Source: an uncultured Synechococcaceae cyanobacterium
Lineage (GTDB): Bacteria; Cyanobacteriota; Cyanobacteriia; PCC-6307; Cyanobiaceae
Reading direction: 5' to 3'
DNA length: 64,000 nucleotides
NCBI GenBank assembly: GCA_902536065.1
Contig: CACAVZ010000001.1
Span: forward strand, 69,518 to 133,517
Part shown: positions 30,821 to 39,758 of the stretch, one piece after another
Layout: every line of letters starts with the position of its first letter
How positions within the stretch are numbered: the stretch's first letter is position 1
Notes under the pieces: generated by a model
What the model saw: the letters and a program-made list of their open reading frames with translations, nothing else
Told to the model about the DNA's origin: nothing
The model's database searches: none
Translations under genes and position numbers: made by a program

Positions 30821-31123
30821 TTAATCAGATTTTTTATAGTATCTAATCCTCTGATGAGCTCTTTTTAATCTTCTTACAGTTTGTTTTTCAAGTTCATCTC
30901 TAAATTGATTGGTATTTAAGTTATTTTCTCTAACAAGTGATTTACTTTCTTTTTCAAAATATTTTTTGATACCTTCTTGTATTAATACTTTTGCCATATT
31001 ACTAACTGTCCTAGATTCTTTACTAGCTAAAATAGTAAGTTGCTCACATATTAATTCTGGGAGCACTACTTGAATTCTAGGGGATTTAGGCTTCCCATTT
31101 GTTGAGTTTTGACGGGTAGCCAT
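30821..31123 (-). CDS. Ribbon-helix-helix (CopG/Arc-like) DNA-binding protein
   Basis: PRIQVVLP strand, helix, then ESRTVSNMAKVLIQEGI turn-helix typical of RHH proteins. Confidence 0.8.
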   Translation of the reverse strand: MATRQNSTNGKPKSPRIQVVLPELICEQLTILASKESRTVSNMAKVLIQEGIKKYFEKESKSLVRENNLNTNQFRDELEKQTVRRLKRAHQRIRYYKKSD

Positions 31124-31132
31124 GAGTCAAAG

Positions 31133-31190
31133 TTGATAACTGTTACTTATAAGTATACACAGTTAGTCAAGGATACTATCTTTGTGTATA
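31133..31190. promoter_or_regulatory. Palindromic candidate operator in the divergent promoter of the RHH gene
   Basis: TTGA-TAACTGT-TACTTA|TAAGTA-(TAC)-ACAGTTA-(G)-TCAA imperfect palindrome at 31133-31170, plus TATACACA (31154-61) / TGTGTATA (31183-90) inverted repeat. Confidence 0.5.
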
Positions 31191-31241
31191 TTATTAATAA
31201 GGAAATAAATGTCCGTATTAATTAATTGTTTTTATTGCCCC

Positions 31242-31580
31242 ATGAAAAATTCAAGAAAACTTGATTCACACAAAAGGCCGATAATTGGTAAAACAAAAAA
31301 AAGATTAGTTAATTCTGATTATCACGATAATGAAAATAGTGATGTTCTGGTATCAGCTGTAATTAGTCCGTATTTGCTAACTCACCTTCACCAAATACTT
31401 CAACAGTCTGAGTATTATGCTCAAAAAGATGGTAGAAAATCTCATGCAGCTAACTTTGCGAAACTTAGAAAGGTTTTATGTTTAGATGCAAGAAGTATGG
31501 CAGATGCATCAGCAAAAGAAATAAAAGATACTGATAATGATTTATCTATTAATCAATATAATGAAAAAAATGTAGCTTGA
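31242..31580 (+). CDS. Conserved hypothetical protein
   Basis: Protein-like core DVLVSAVISPYLLTHLH..ANFAKLRKVLCLDARSM; start ATG 31242 or 31209. Confidence 0.8.
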   Translation: MKNSRKLDSHKRPIIGKTKKRLVNSDYHDNENSDVLVSAVISPYLLTHLHQILQQSEYYAQKDGRKSHAANFAKLRKVLCLDARSMADASAKEIKDTDNDLSINQYNEKNVA

Positions 31581-31615
31581 AGTAATAATCTATTAATAAT
31601 AGATTTTTTAAAAAC

Positions 31616-31846
31616 ATGTCCAGTAATGCTGAAAAGCTCTATGACTTAATAGCAAACGATCCTAAAAAGAAACAAAGTTTATTTATGATAGCCTTAACTA
31701 ACCCTAAAAAAGCCCTAGATAAAATTTGCGATATTGGTTGCGAGTTAAATATTTCTGTGACTAAAGAAGAAGTAATTGAATATTTGAGCACTATTGATGA
31801 TGAGGCAACTAAAATGTGGTTAGTTAAAGCTCGGGGAGGTCTTTAG
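31616..31846 (+). CDS. Small helical protein, Nif11-like leader fold suspected
   Basis: 76-aa ATG ORF; pattern resembles Nif11-type leaders; ends KARGGL. Confidence 0.75.
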   Translation: MSSNAEKLYDLIANDPKKKQSLFMIALTNPKKALDKICDIGCELNISVTKEEVIEYLSTIDDEATKMWLVKARGGL

Positions 31847-32000
31847 GTAAAGGCTTCGAATAATCACTATTTTGGTTCAAAATAGGCTTAATTCTTTTGT
31901 TGTAACCTCCTCCTCCAGCTAAAGTCCAAAAAAACCAATAACTTGGAATCGCAAGAGCTGCAGCTATGAAAATTACAGTAATCTGTTCTATTCTCTTCAT
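31824..32000 (-). CDS. Small single-pass membrane protein, 58 aa (not in ORF track)
   Basis: Hand translation: MKRIEQITVIFIAAALAIPSYWFFWTLAGGGGYNKRIKPILNQNSDYSKPLPKDLPEL*; 23-nt convergent overlap with the preceding gene. Confidence 0.7.
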   Translation of the reverse strand: MKRIEQITVIFIAAALAIPSYWFFWTLAGGGGYNKRIKPILNQNSDYSKPLPKDLPEL

Positions 32001-32071
32001 AAGATGATTTTATTCCACAGAATATCTTAAGTAAATAACCCTCAAATTATGTAAATTCTATTTTTAAAAAA

Positions 32072-33697
32072 GTGATTAGATTTGAAGGTGTAACCAAAAT
32101 TTATTCTACGGATGTCGTTTTAAATAATATTAATTGGGAGATTAAGAAAGGAGAAAAAGTTGGCTTAGTCGGTCCCAATGGAGCAGGTAAATCAACTCAA
32201 TTTAAGATTTTAATTGGTGAGGAAGATCAAACAAGTGGAACAATCATAAAAGAGGGAAATCCTAAAATTGCTCATTTAAAACAAGAGTTTGATTGCAATT
32301 TGTGTTACTCAGTAAGAGAAGAATTAGAAAGTTCTTTCAAAGATATACAAATTGTTGATAGGAAACTTTCTGAAATTGAGAACAAAATGAAATCATTGGA
32401 TATAAAAAAAAATTCAGTTGAACTTGAAACATTAGTAAATAAACTCGCTAAATATCAAGCAAAATTTGAAGCTTTAGGTGGATATAAAATGAAATCTGAT
32501 GTAGAAAAAATTTTACCAAAATTAGGCTTCTCTACGGCAGATGCTGATAAATTAGTTGGAAATTTTTCGGGTGGTTGGCAGATGAAAGTCGCGCTTGGAA
32601 AAATAATCTTACAAAAACCTGATTTACTTTTACTTGATGAACCAACTAATCATTTAGATTTAGATACAATTTTTTGGTTGGAAGAATATCTATCTTCTCT
32701 TAAGATTACAATTATCATTATTAGTCACGATAGATATTTTTTAGATAAATTATGTAAAAAAATAATCTTCGTAGATAGAGGAATATCTGAAACATATAAT
32801 GGAAACTATTCTTTTTTTGTTCAACAGAGGTTTTTAAATCAAGAATCACAAAAAAAAGCATATGAATTACAACAAAAAGAAATTGAGATTCAGAAGAGAT
32901 ATATAGATAGATTTAGAGCCAGTGCAACTAGAAGTTCTCAAGCAAAGAGTAGAGAAAAACAATTAAAAAAAATGTCAAAAATTGAGGCTCCAATAGCAAA
33001 ATCAAAAAGTTCTGCTTTTAACTTTCCAGAGTGTCCTCGCTCAGGAAAATTAGTTTTAAATATCAAAAATTTGTCTCATAGTTATGAAGATAAAATTCTT
33101 TTTTTAGATGTTAATTTAAAGATTTCTGCTGGGGAGAAAATAGCAATATTAGGACCTAATGGTTGCGGTAAATCTACACTGCTTAAAATAATTATGAAAA
33201 AAATATCACCTGAAATTGGAGAAATTAATATTGGTAAACACAATATAATTACTAGTTATTATGAACAGAACCAGGCTGAAGCACTCTCGCTAGAGCAGAG
33301 AGTTATTGATTTAATATGTAATAAATCCCCAGAATGGTCACAAAAAAAAGTAAGAACATTTTTAGGAGGTTTTGGCTTTCAAAATGAAAGTGTTTTTAAA
33401 TATATCAAACAACTCAGTGGCGGAGAAAAGTCAAGATTAGCATTGGCTCTTATAATTATGAATCCGAGTAATTTTCTACTTTTGGATGAGCCAACTAATC
33501 ATTTGGATCTGCAATCTAAAGAGAATTTAGAATTAGCGATTAATAATTATAAAGGTTCATTATTAATTATTTCTCATGATCGATATTTTATTTCAAAGGT
33601 TGCAGATAGAATTGTCGAAATTAAGAATTCAAAGTTATTTTCATATAATGGTAATTATGAATATTTTTTAGAAAAAAATAATAATCAAGCATATTAG
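32072..33697 (+). CDS. ABC-F family ATP-binding protein
   Basis: Two ABC domains (GPNGAGKST/FSGGW/LDEPTNHLD and [24 protein letters not shown]), QAKSREKQL linker, no TM segments. Confidence 0.95.
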   Translation: MIRFEGVTKIYSTDVVLNNINWEIKKGEKVGLVGPNGAGKSTQFKILIGEEDQTSGTIIKEGNPKIAHLKQEFDCNLCYSVREELESSFKDIQIVDRKLSEIENKMKSLDIKKNSVELETLVNKLAKYQAKFEALGGYKMKSDVEKILPKLGFSTADADKLVGNFSGGWQMKVALGKIILQKPDLLLLDEPTNHLDLDTIFWLEEYLSSLKITIIIISHDRYFLDKLCKKIIFVDRGISETYNGNYSFFVQQRFLNQESQKKAYELQQKEIEIQKRYIDRFRASATRSSQAKSREKQLKKMSKIEAPIAKSKSSAFNFPECPRSGKLVLNIKNLSHSYEDKILFLDVNLKISAGEKIAILGPNGCGKSTLLKIIMKKISPEIGEINIGKHNIITSYYEQNQAEALSLEQRVIDLICNKSPEWSQKKVRTFLGGFGFQNESVFKYIKQLSGGEKSRLALALIIMNPSNFLLLDEPTNHLDLQSKENLELAINNYKGSLLIISHDRYFISKVADRIVEIKNSKLFSYNGNYEYFLEKNNNQAY

Positions 33698-33834
33698 TTA
33701 TTAATCAAAAAATATTTTTGTAAAAATTTTATTATTAAATCTTACATTTAACTAAGTATGATCACTCATTTTTCTTTACATAGTTTATCTTCATTAATTA
33801 ATCTTAAAATACAAAAATAAATTTAATAAATTAT

Positions 33835-33978
33835 ATGAAAAATTATAATTTTCAAGAAAAAAAGTTTCAAATTTCTGATCCTGTTGAAAGTTATTTTGAA
33901 TGCATTACTACCTGTGATATAAGGGATGGTAGATGTATTTCAAGGTGTGTGGAAATACTTAAACAGAATGACAGTTAA
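33835..33978 (+). CDS. Small four-cysteine protein, 47 aa (not in ORF track)
   Basis: Hand translation: MKNYNFQEKKFQISDPVESYFECITTCDIRDGRCISRCVEILKQNDS*; visibly higher GC than the flanking spacer. Confidence 0.72.
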   Translation: MKNYNFQEKKFQISDPVESYFECITTCDIRDGRCISRCVEILKQNDS

Positions 33979-33986
33979 ATCTTTTA

Positions 33987-35105
33987 TTATTTTTCTAGAT
34001 TAGTAATATCAATTGGCTTAACTTTTAAATTAATAAATTTATTTCTACGTTTTAATAATATACTTACTTGTTTATTGATACCATTTTTACTTATTTGATC
34101 TATAACGTCTGATGCGGTTTCAATATCTTTATTGCCTACTTTTATTAAAATATCATTTACCATTATCCCACTTTTTTCAGCTGGACTTTTAGGTACTATA
34201 TATCCAACTTTTACAACATTATCTTTTCTATTAGGATTAATTTCTTCTATTAGGCTAATCCCAATCATAGGATGTGTTACTTTTCCATTTTTTATAAGTT
34301 GATCGGCAATTTCCTTGGCTTTATTAATTGGGATTGCGAAACTTAAACCCGCTCCTGGACCTGATCTTATTAAGGTATTAATACCAATTACTTCTCCATA
34401 ATTATTCAATAGTGGACCTCCAGAATTGCCAGGATTAATCGCAGCGTCTGTTTGTATTAGTTCAAGTTTTTTATCATATATTCCTAGTTGAGTTACGTTT
34501 CTATTAAGGTTACTTATGATACCAAGAGTAACTGTATTTTCGAGTCCGAATGGATTTCCAACTGCTATAGCCCAATCACCAACTTGAACCTTTGCAGAAT
34601 CGCCCAATTGTGCTTTTGGCCAAGGTCCTTCTCCTTCAATCTTTAGCACAGCTAAGTCAGTAAAAACGTCTTGCCCTATAAGTTTTGCGTTTAACTTTTG
34701 GCCATTGGTTAAACCCACAATCACCTTATCTGATCCATTTACAACATGAGCATTGGTCATTACCAGTCCATCTGCAAATATAAATCCACTTCCCTGGTTT
34801 TGCTCTATCCTTGGTCGATTGTCACTGGGTAAATCTAATCCAAAAAACCTTTCAAAATATGGGTCTAGAAATAGTTGAGAATTTCTTGGAAATTTTCTTT
34901 TTTTAACATATCTTTGAGTATCAATTGTCACTACGGCGCTACCGGTTTTTTCTACAGCCCTAGTTATGAAAGATTTGGTTGGATAGAGATTAACTTCATT
35001 AATTTTCAGTTTACTTAAAGGTTGGGATATTAATTTTGCAGGACATGCAATGCCCACTGTAATTACTGAGGCTATTAGTAAAAGCTTTTGGATGTATCTT
35101 TTCAA
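33987..35105 (-). CDS. HtrA/DegQ family serine protease with PDZ domain
   Basis: Signal peptide, GSGFI, TNAHVV, DLAVLKI, TDAAINPGNSGGPL, C-terminal PDZ. Confidence 0.96.
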   Translation of the reverse strand: MKRYIQKLLLIASVITVGIACPAKLISQPLSKLKINEVNLYPTKSFITRAVEKTGSAVVTIDTQRYVKKRKFPRNSQLFLDPYFERFFGLDLPSDNRPRIEQNQGSGFIFADGLVMTNAHVVNGSDKVIVGLTNGQKLNAKLIGQDVFTDLAVLKIEGEGPWPKAQLGDSAKVQVGDWAIAVGNPFGLENTVTLGIISNLNRNVTQLGIYDKKLELIQTDAAINPGNSGGPLLNNYGEVIGINTLIRSGPGAGLSFAIPINKAKEIADQLIKNGKVTHPMIGISLIEEINPNRKDNVVKVGYIVPKSPAEKSGIMVNDILIKVGNKDIETASDVIDQISKNGINKQVSILLKRRNKFINLKVKPIDITNLEK

Positions 35106-35276
35106 TTTTAATTTTTTTTGTTTTTCAAAAGATTTAATACATTCAAGTATTGCTTTTCAAATATAACTAGTAAATAAATTAATTTATTGTAGATAATAAA
35201 AAAATTATTAATTTAAAATAGCTAATTTTCTTTTTTTAGAGCTATGATATTAAACATAGACTATTAATTTATAAGT

Positions 35277-35543
35277 TTGATGACGATCTTATTTCCAATC
35301 ATATATTCTGCGGCTTTAACTTATTTAGTTTGGAAAGCTTTTAAAGTAATGTCCAACGGTTGGGGTATATCCGATAACACTAATAAACGATTAAATACTT
35401 CCAGTTTTAAACAAACAAAATACACAATACATCCAGAACTTTTAGATAAATCAGGAAACATAACAGAGGAGGAGCTTTTAACAGTAAGATTTTCTAATGA
35501 TAATGATTCTTCATTAGAAGAAAGAGGTTCAACAACTGATTAA
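35277..35543 (+). CDS. DUF2973 family membrane-anchored protein
   Basis: N-terminal TM helix and HPELLDKSGNITEEELLTVRF motif. Confidence 0.8.
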   Translation: MMTILFPIIYSAALTYLVWKAFKVMSNGWGISDNTNKRLNTSSFKQTKYTIHPELLDKSGNITEEELLTVRFSNDNDSSLEERGSTTD

Positions 35544-35567
35544 TCAAATTATATTTAAGGAAAAAAA

Positions 35568-35951
35568 TTGGAATTAAGAACAAAAATTGTCTCAGCAGTA
35601 ATAAGATCTCTCAAATTACCACCAAGATTTCGTTTAAAAATGGTTAAAGAAGATCCAGTTAGACTTGAACTAAGTCTTACTCCTTCTTATGGTAAAAATC
35701 CAATTATTGTTGGTTTAGTAGAATCTTTAGATTTAGTTGCTAGAAGAGATAGGGAAGGTAGATTACCTAGAGATCTTCAAGGAACTTGGGATTGGACAGT
35801 AAGACATGGGAAAGTTAGTACTGGAGGATGGAATCCTATGTTAAAGGAAGCTTTGCAAACAATGTTTGATACAGGATTACCAGCAATTGTATATGAGGAA
35901 TTAACGGGAGAAGAGTATAGACCTGTTGACGGATTTAGACATATTAAATAA
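35568..35951 (+). CDS. Conserved cyanobacterial hypothetical protein
   Basis: 127-aa TTG-start ORF, co-oriented with DUF2973; Trp/Gly-rich motif GTWDWTVRHG. Confidence 0.8.
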   Translation: MELRTKIVSAVIRSLKLPPRFRLKMVKEDPVRLELSLTPSYGKNPIIVGLVESLDLVARRDREGRLPRDLQGTWDWTVRHGKVSTGGWNPMLKEALQTMFDTGLPAIVYEELTGEEYRPVDGFRHIK

Positions 35952-36019
35952 TGATATATTTTTTATCATATATTCTTCCCCAAAACGTTATTATAGACTG
36001 ACAAGCTATCGAATCAATT

Positions 36020-36166
36020 ATGAATGAAGAAAATCAAGCAAGATTTGGCTTTGTAAATTTCGCTGAAACGTGGAACGGTCGCATGGCAATGATGGGTATT
36101 TTGATTGGTCTTGGGACTGAATTAATAACTGGGCAAAGTATCCTAAGACAAATAGGTATAGGTTAG
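36020..36166 (+). CDS. hli: High-light-inducible protein, 48 aa (not in ORF track)
   Basis: Hand translation: MNEENQARFGFVNFAETWNGRMAMMGILIGLGTELITGQSILRQIGIG*; AExxNGRxAMxG motif. Confidence 0.95.
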   Translation: MNEENQARFGFVNFAETWNGRMAMMGILIGLGTELITGQSILRQIGIG

Positions 36167-36170
36167 ATTT

Positions 36171-36512
36171 TTATTTTATTTCCTCAGCTTTAACTTCAAT
36201 AGTACTTTCACTCGGTTTTTTACCTAATTGACTCCTTCTAGTATTATTCTCTAAATCTGCACCGCAATTCATGCAGATTCCATCAAAATCTAAAGATATC
36301 GTGCCACAATTTTCACATGTATTAATTTTCGACTTGAAAGAATTAAATCCTATAAACACCAAAATTAATATTAAGAGGGGAATTAAAAGTAATAAAATCA
36401 AGATATTGCCAAGCAAGCTTATGAAAAAGTTAATTCCAATAATAGGAATTAATATAAGCATGATTAACGAATAAGTAAGCAAATTTTTATTAGCTTTAAG
36501 AAAATAATTCAT
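36171..36512 (-). CDS. Membrane protein with C-terminal zinc ribbon
   Basis: Two hydrophobic helices then CENCG-x8-CMNCG. Confidence 0.8.
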   Translation of the reverse strand: MNYFLKANKNLLTYSLIMLILIPIIGINFFISLLGNILILLLLIPLLILILVFIGFNSFKSKINTCENCGTISLDFDGICMNCGADLENNTRRSQLGKKPSESTIEVKAEEIK

Positions 36513-36524
36513 TTTAGTTTATTA

Positions 36525-37439
36525 TTATTTCTTATGTCTTTTTTTATTTACTAATGTCATACTAGCAATAACAACGCTCCAGCACTGTCCAAAATATAAA
36601 ATAACTCCAAGTAGCCAAACCCACAAAGTAAGTACGAGAAAACCTCCGATAAAGCCATATGCTTGAAACCTTGCACCAAGAGAAAGAATACTTTTACTGA
36701 CTGCTAAGTTTAATGTCGTTAGACCAATTCCAATAAGAAAAGATCCTGGCAAAAGTGGTCTCAAAGGAACTTTTCTGCTAGGTAAAAGGGCTTGCAATAA
36801 AAGAGCCATTAAAGAAAATCCAATAAGTGGTATTGCAAATTGACCAACTTGTAATAGGGGCAACTTTAGTAATATATCAGTAATTAGATTATTAGATTTT
36901 GAAATATTTTCTAGAACATAACTTGGGATCATCCTAAGATTTGCACTAATCTGATCTAAAACCATTAAAAAACCTATAAAGAATACTACTAGAAAAGCTT
37001 CAATTCTATTACGAAGAAATCTAGATGCTTGCTCTCTCCAAGCAGCATTTACTTTTTTAGAAGGAAGTTGGTCCTCCCACAGCCTATCTGAACCTCTTTG
37101 AAGAGATAAATATGCATTTCCTGCTGTAAATAGCAAAAACATAGCCCCCAGAATACCTGCTCCAAAACCTTGATCAATCAAATTAAATAATGTTGTTTCT
37201 ACTAATTCAACTACTGAAGGGGGTAAAAGCTGAGCAGCAATAGATATTATTTGTTGATCTAGTCCCTCTTGTTTTCCTAGAAACCATGATGCAATTGAAA
37301 GAGAAATTAAAAGGATAGGAAAGAATGATTGTAGTGTGTAGTAAGCAAATGCAGCACTTAAATCAATGCAATCGGATTTGGTCCATCTCTCGCAAGCTCC
37401 CCACAAACTTTTCAGTATCCATGTTGAGCTACGCTGCAT
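36525..37439 (-). CDS. YihY/virulence factor BrkB family membrane protein
   Basis: LSAAFAYYTLQSFFP and YGFIGGFLVLTLWVWL motifs; start 37439 or 37454. Confidence 0.9.
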   Translation of the reverse strand: MQRSSTWILKSLWGACERWTKSDCIDLSAAFAYYTLQSFFPILLISLSIASWFLGKQEGLDQQIISIAAQLLPPSVVELVETTLFNLIDQGFGAGILGAMFLLFTAGNAYLSLQRGSDRLWEDQLPSKKVNAAWREQASRFLRNRIEAFLVVFFIGFLMVLDQISANLRMIPSYVLENISKSNNLITDILLKLPLLQVGQFAIPLIGFSLMALLLQALLPSRKVPLRPLLPGSFLIGIGLTTLNLAVSKSILSLGARFQAYGFIGGFLVLTLWVWLLGVILYFGQCWSVVIASMTLVNKKRHKK

Positions 37440-37527
37440 ATTTATATTCTTCAAATATTTACATAATATATTTTTTTATTGTATCTAATTAAGAAATTTT
37501 TCAAGCAATTATTTCTTAATAATGCAA

Positions 37528-38328
37528 CTATTTTTCCAATAGTAAATTACCCCATGGCCTTAAGACTTCAATTTTTTCTAGAGATCTGCAAGCAATTAAT
37601 GGGAAATTAACATCGCTCAGGTTTTGTCCTGAAATTAAATTCAAAGGATCTGTTTCTAACCATTCTATAGAACAATTTAGTTCTTCTAATAATAGCCATG
37701 CCGCTGCAATATCCCATATCTTGGGAGTTGCTTCTATTGCTCCAAAAGTTTGTCCCATAGCCACACTCGTTAAATTTAAACTCGATACACCTAAGAGTCT
37801 GATTTTGCCAGGAAAAACTGAGTTTGGGTTTTTTTGTAAAATTTTTATAGATCTACTACACAAAGAAATACATTCACTTTGGTGGTTTGTTTGGTTAGCT
37901 TTTATCAACTTGTTATTTAACCAAACTCCTTTGCCTTTAATAGATACAAATTTTTTTTTCAATGTGGGTATTATTAAAAAAGATGATTGCGGTCTACCAT
38001 CGAAGAACCTTGCTACTGATATAGACCAGTAAGGAATACCTGCAGAAAAATTTGTTGTGCCATCAAGTGGATCGACTATCCAGTAAGCTTTTGTATTGGG
38101 AATAAATTTATCGCCTTCTTCACTAAGGATTCCCTCACCTGGAGCTATTGAAGCTAAACCATCTACTATAGTTTTATCACTCCATAAGTCACAACTTGTT
38201 ATTAATGATCCGTCTGCTTTATTGCTAGCACTAATATTTCCAAAATCTTTTATTTGGCGTTGACAAACTAATTCAAATAAAGAATCTAATTCACTTAGTT
38301 GCTTATTAGTTAAATCTGGTAGATTCAT
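37528..38328 (-). CDS. Inositol monophosphatase family protein
   Basis: SEEG, WIVDPLDGTTNF, WDIAAA motifs. Confidence 0.93.
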   Translation of the reverse strand: MNLPDLTNKQLSELDSLFELVCQRQIKDFGNISASNKADGSLITSCDLWSDKTIVDGLASIAPGEGILSEEGDKFIPNTKAYWIVDPLDGTTNFSAGIPYWSISVARFFDGRPQSSFLIIPTLKKKFVSIKGKGVWLNNKLIKANQTNHQSECISLCSRSIKILQKNPNSVFPGKIRLLGVSSLNLTSVAMGQTFGAIEATPKIWDIAAAWLLLEELNCSIEWLETDPLNLISGQNLSDVNFPLIACRSLEKIEVLRPWGNLLLEK

Positions 38329-39758
38329 TTTGGAATATCACAAATAGATTCTCTATCTTTAGTTTTATTATTATTGTAATTCACGCAATTTTTATTTATT
38401 TCAAGAAAAGTTAATCTTTCTAATTCATCTAAATTCAAGTTGTAATTGTATATAGCATTAATATTTTTTGATTTTGCATTACTTAATTCACTTTGCCTTA
38501 AGAGTACATCTTTGAGAGTTGATATGCCAACATCATATCTAAGTCTGGCAAGTCTCACAGATTCTTTGCTTGATTCAATATCTTTAAGAGAAGAAATTAT
38601 TTTTTCTTCATTTAATTTAAGGTTCAAATAGGCTTTACTAATATTTGTAGTTAAAACATTTTTTAGATTTTTATATGCATATTCCTCAGCATCAGCATCT
38701 GCTATTTTTGACTTGTAAGAGTTCTTATTCTTTCCCCCATTAAAAAAACTCCATGCGAAATTTAAACTTATTGTATTTGTATAGTTAGATCCTGATTTTT
38801 CAGAGTTAATACTAGTTGAAAGAGAATCACCCTTGGAAAATGTACTAGCGAAAGAATTACTGATATAAATACTTGGCTTATTTTGAGATAAAAAACTTTC
38901 TGCTTGGTTTTTTTTAATAGATTTTTGAAGAATAAGGTTTTTTAAAGAAAGATTTTTTTCTATACCTGCATCAATATTTTTATTTAAACTATTATTCCAA
39001 TAACCAATAAGATTTTGCTTTTTATTAGTTTCAAAATCTGACTTTAAACTAAGAACTTCTTTAAGGGAAATTTTGTTAATTTGATGTTCAATTTTCTTCT
39101 CATTTAAAGATTGTTCATCTCGAGATAATTGAGCTTCTGCTTCAAGAACTTCAAATTTTGTGCCAATGCCAGAATCTAACTTTGCTTCAGCATTATTCAA
39201 ACTTGAAATTGATAAATCAAGTGCAGATTTTTTATTTTGGATATCCTGATATGACTTTTGATATTTGTGATACCTCATTCTTGCTTCTTGAATTAAATCT
39301 TTTTTCTTAATTTCATAATTATTTTCCGCAATTTTCAAATTTTCTTTGCCAATTTTAATTGCGGATCCTCTTAGGGGATCGAGTAAATCCCATTTAATAT
39401 TTACAGAGGGATTAGCCGAAAATTGTGACGTTTTTAAAGTTTCTGAATTACTACCATAATTGATACCTGCAACATATTTTGGTAACCCATTTGCTTGAAA
39501 ATCTAGAGATGGATATCTTTGAGCAATTTTACTTGAAAGTTCATAGCTCGCAGATAAAACTAAATTTTGTAATGATTTTAGTTCCTCATTATTTAAGACG
39601 ATATTTTCTATCTCTTCATAACTAATAAAAGGCTTATTTGATTTTTCTTCTAAAACAGTGTCTATGAAGTCTTTTGTTTCTTTCGATAGCACTTCTGGGG
39701 AGTTAATGAATAAAGCAAGAGGCAAAAATAAAATAGAATTTATTACTTTTTTAGGCAT
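38325..39758 (-). CDS. tolC: TolC family outer membrane efflux protein
   Basis: Signal peptide; two OEP repeats (SGIGTKFEVLEAEAQL; RYDVGISTLKDVL). Confidence 0.9.
   Translation of the reverse strand: MPKKVINSILFLPLALFINSPEVLSKETKDFIDTVLEEKSNKPFISYEEIENIVLNNEELKSLQNLVLSASYELSSKIAQRYPSLDFQANGLPKYVAGINYGSNSETLKTSQFSANPSVNIKWDLLDPLRGSAIKIGKENLKIAENNYEIKKKDLIQEARMRYHKYQKSYQDIQNKKSALDLSISSLNNAEAKLDSGIGTKFEVLEAEAQLSRDEQSLNEKKIEHQINKISLKEVLSLKSDFETNKKQNLIGYWNNSLNKNIDAGIEKNLSLKNLILQKSIKKNQAESFLSQNKPSIYISNSFASTFSKGDSLSTSINSEKSGSNYTNTISLNFAWSFFNGGKNKNSYKSKIADADAEEYAYKNLKNVLTTNISKAYLNLKLNEEKIISSLKDIESSKESVRLARLRYDVGISTLKDVLLRQSELSNAKSKNINAIYNYNLNLDELERLTFLEINKNCVNYNNNKTKDRESICDIPK

Noticed and set aside
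30821-31580. RHH gene plus neighbour as a type II toxin-antitoxin pair
   Set aside because: The genes are divergent rather than co-transcribed and the partner shows no PIN, RelE or MazF motifs.
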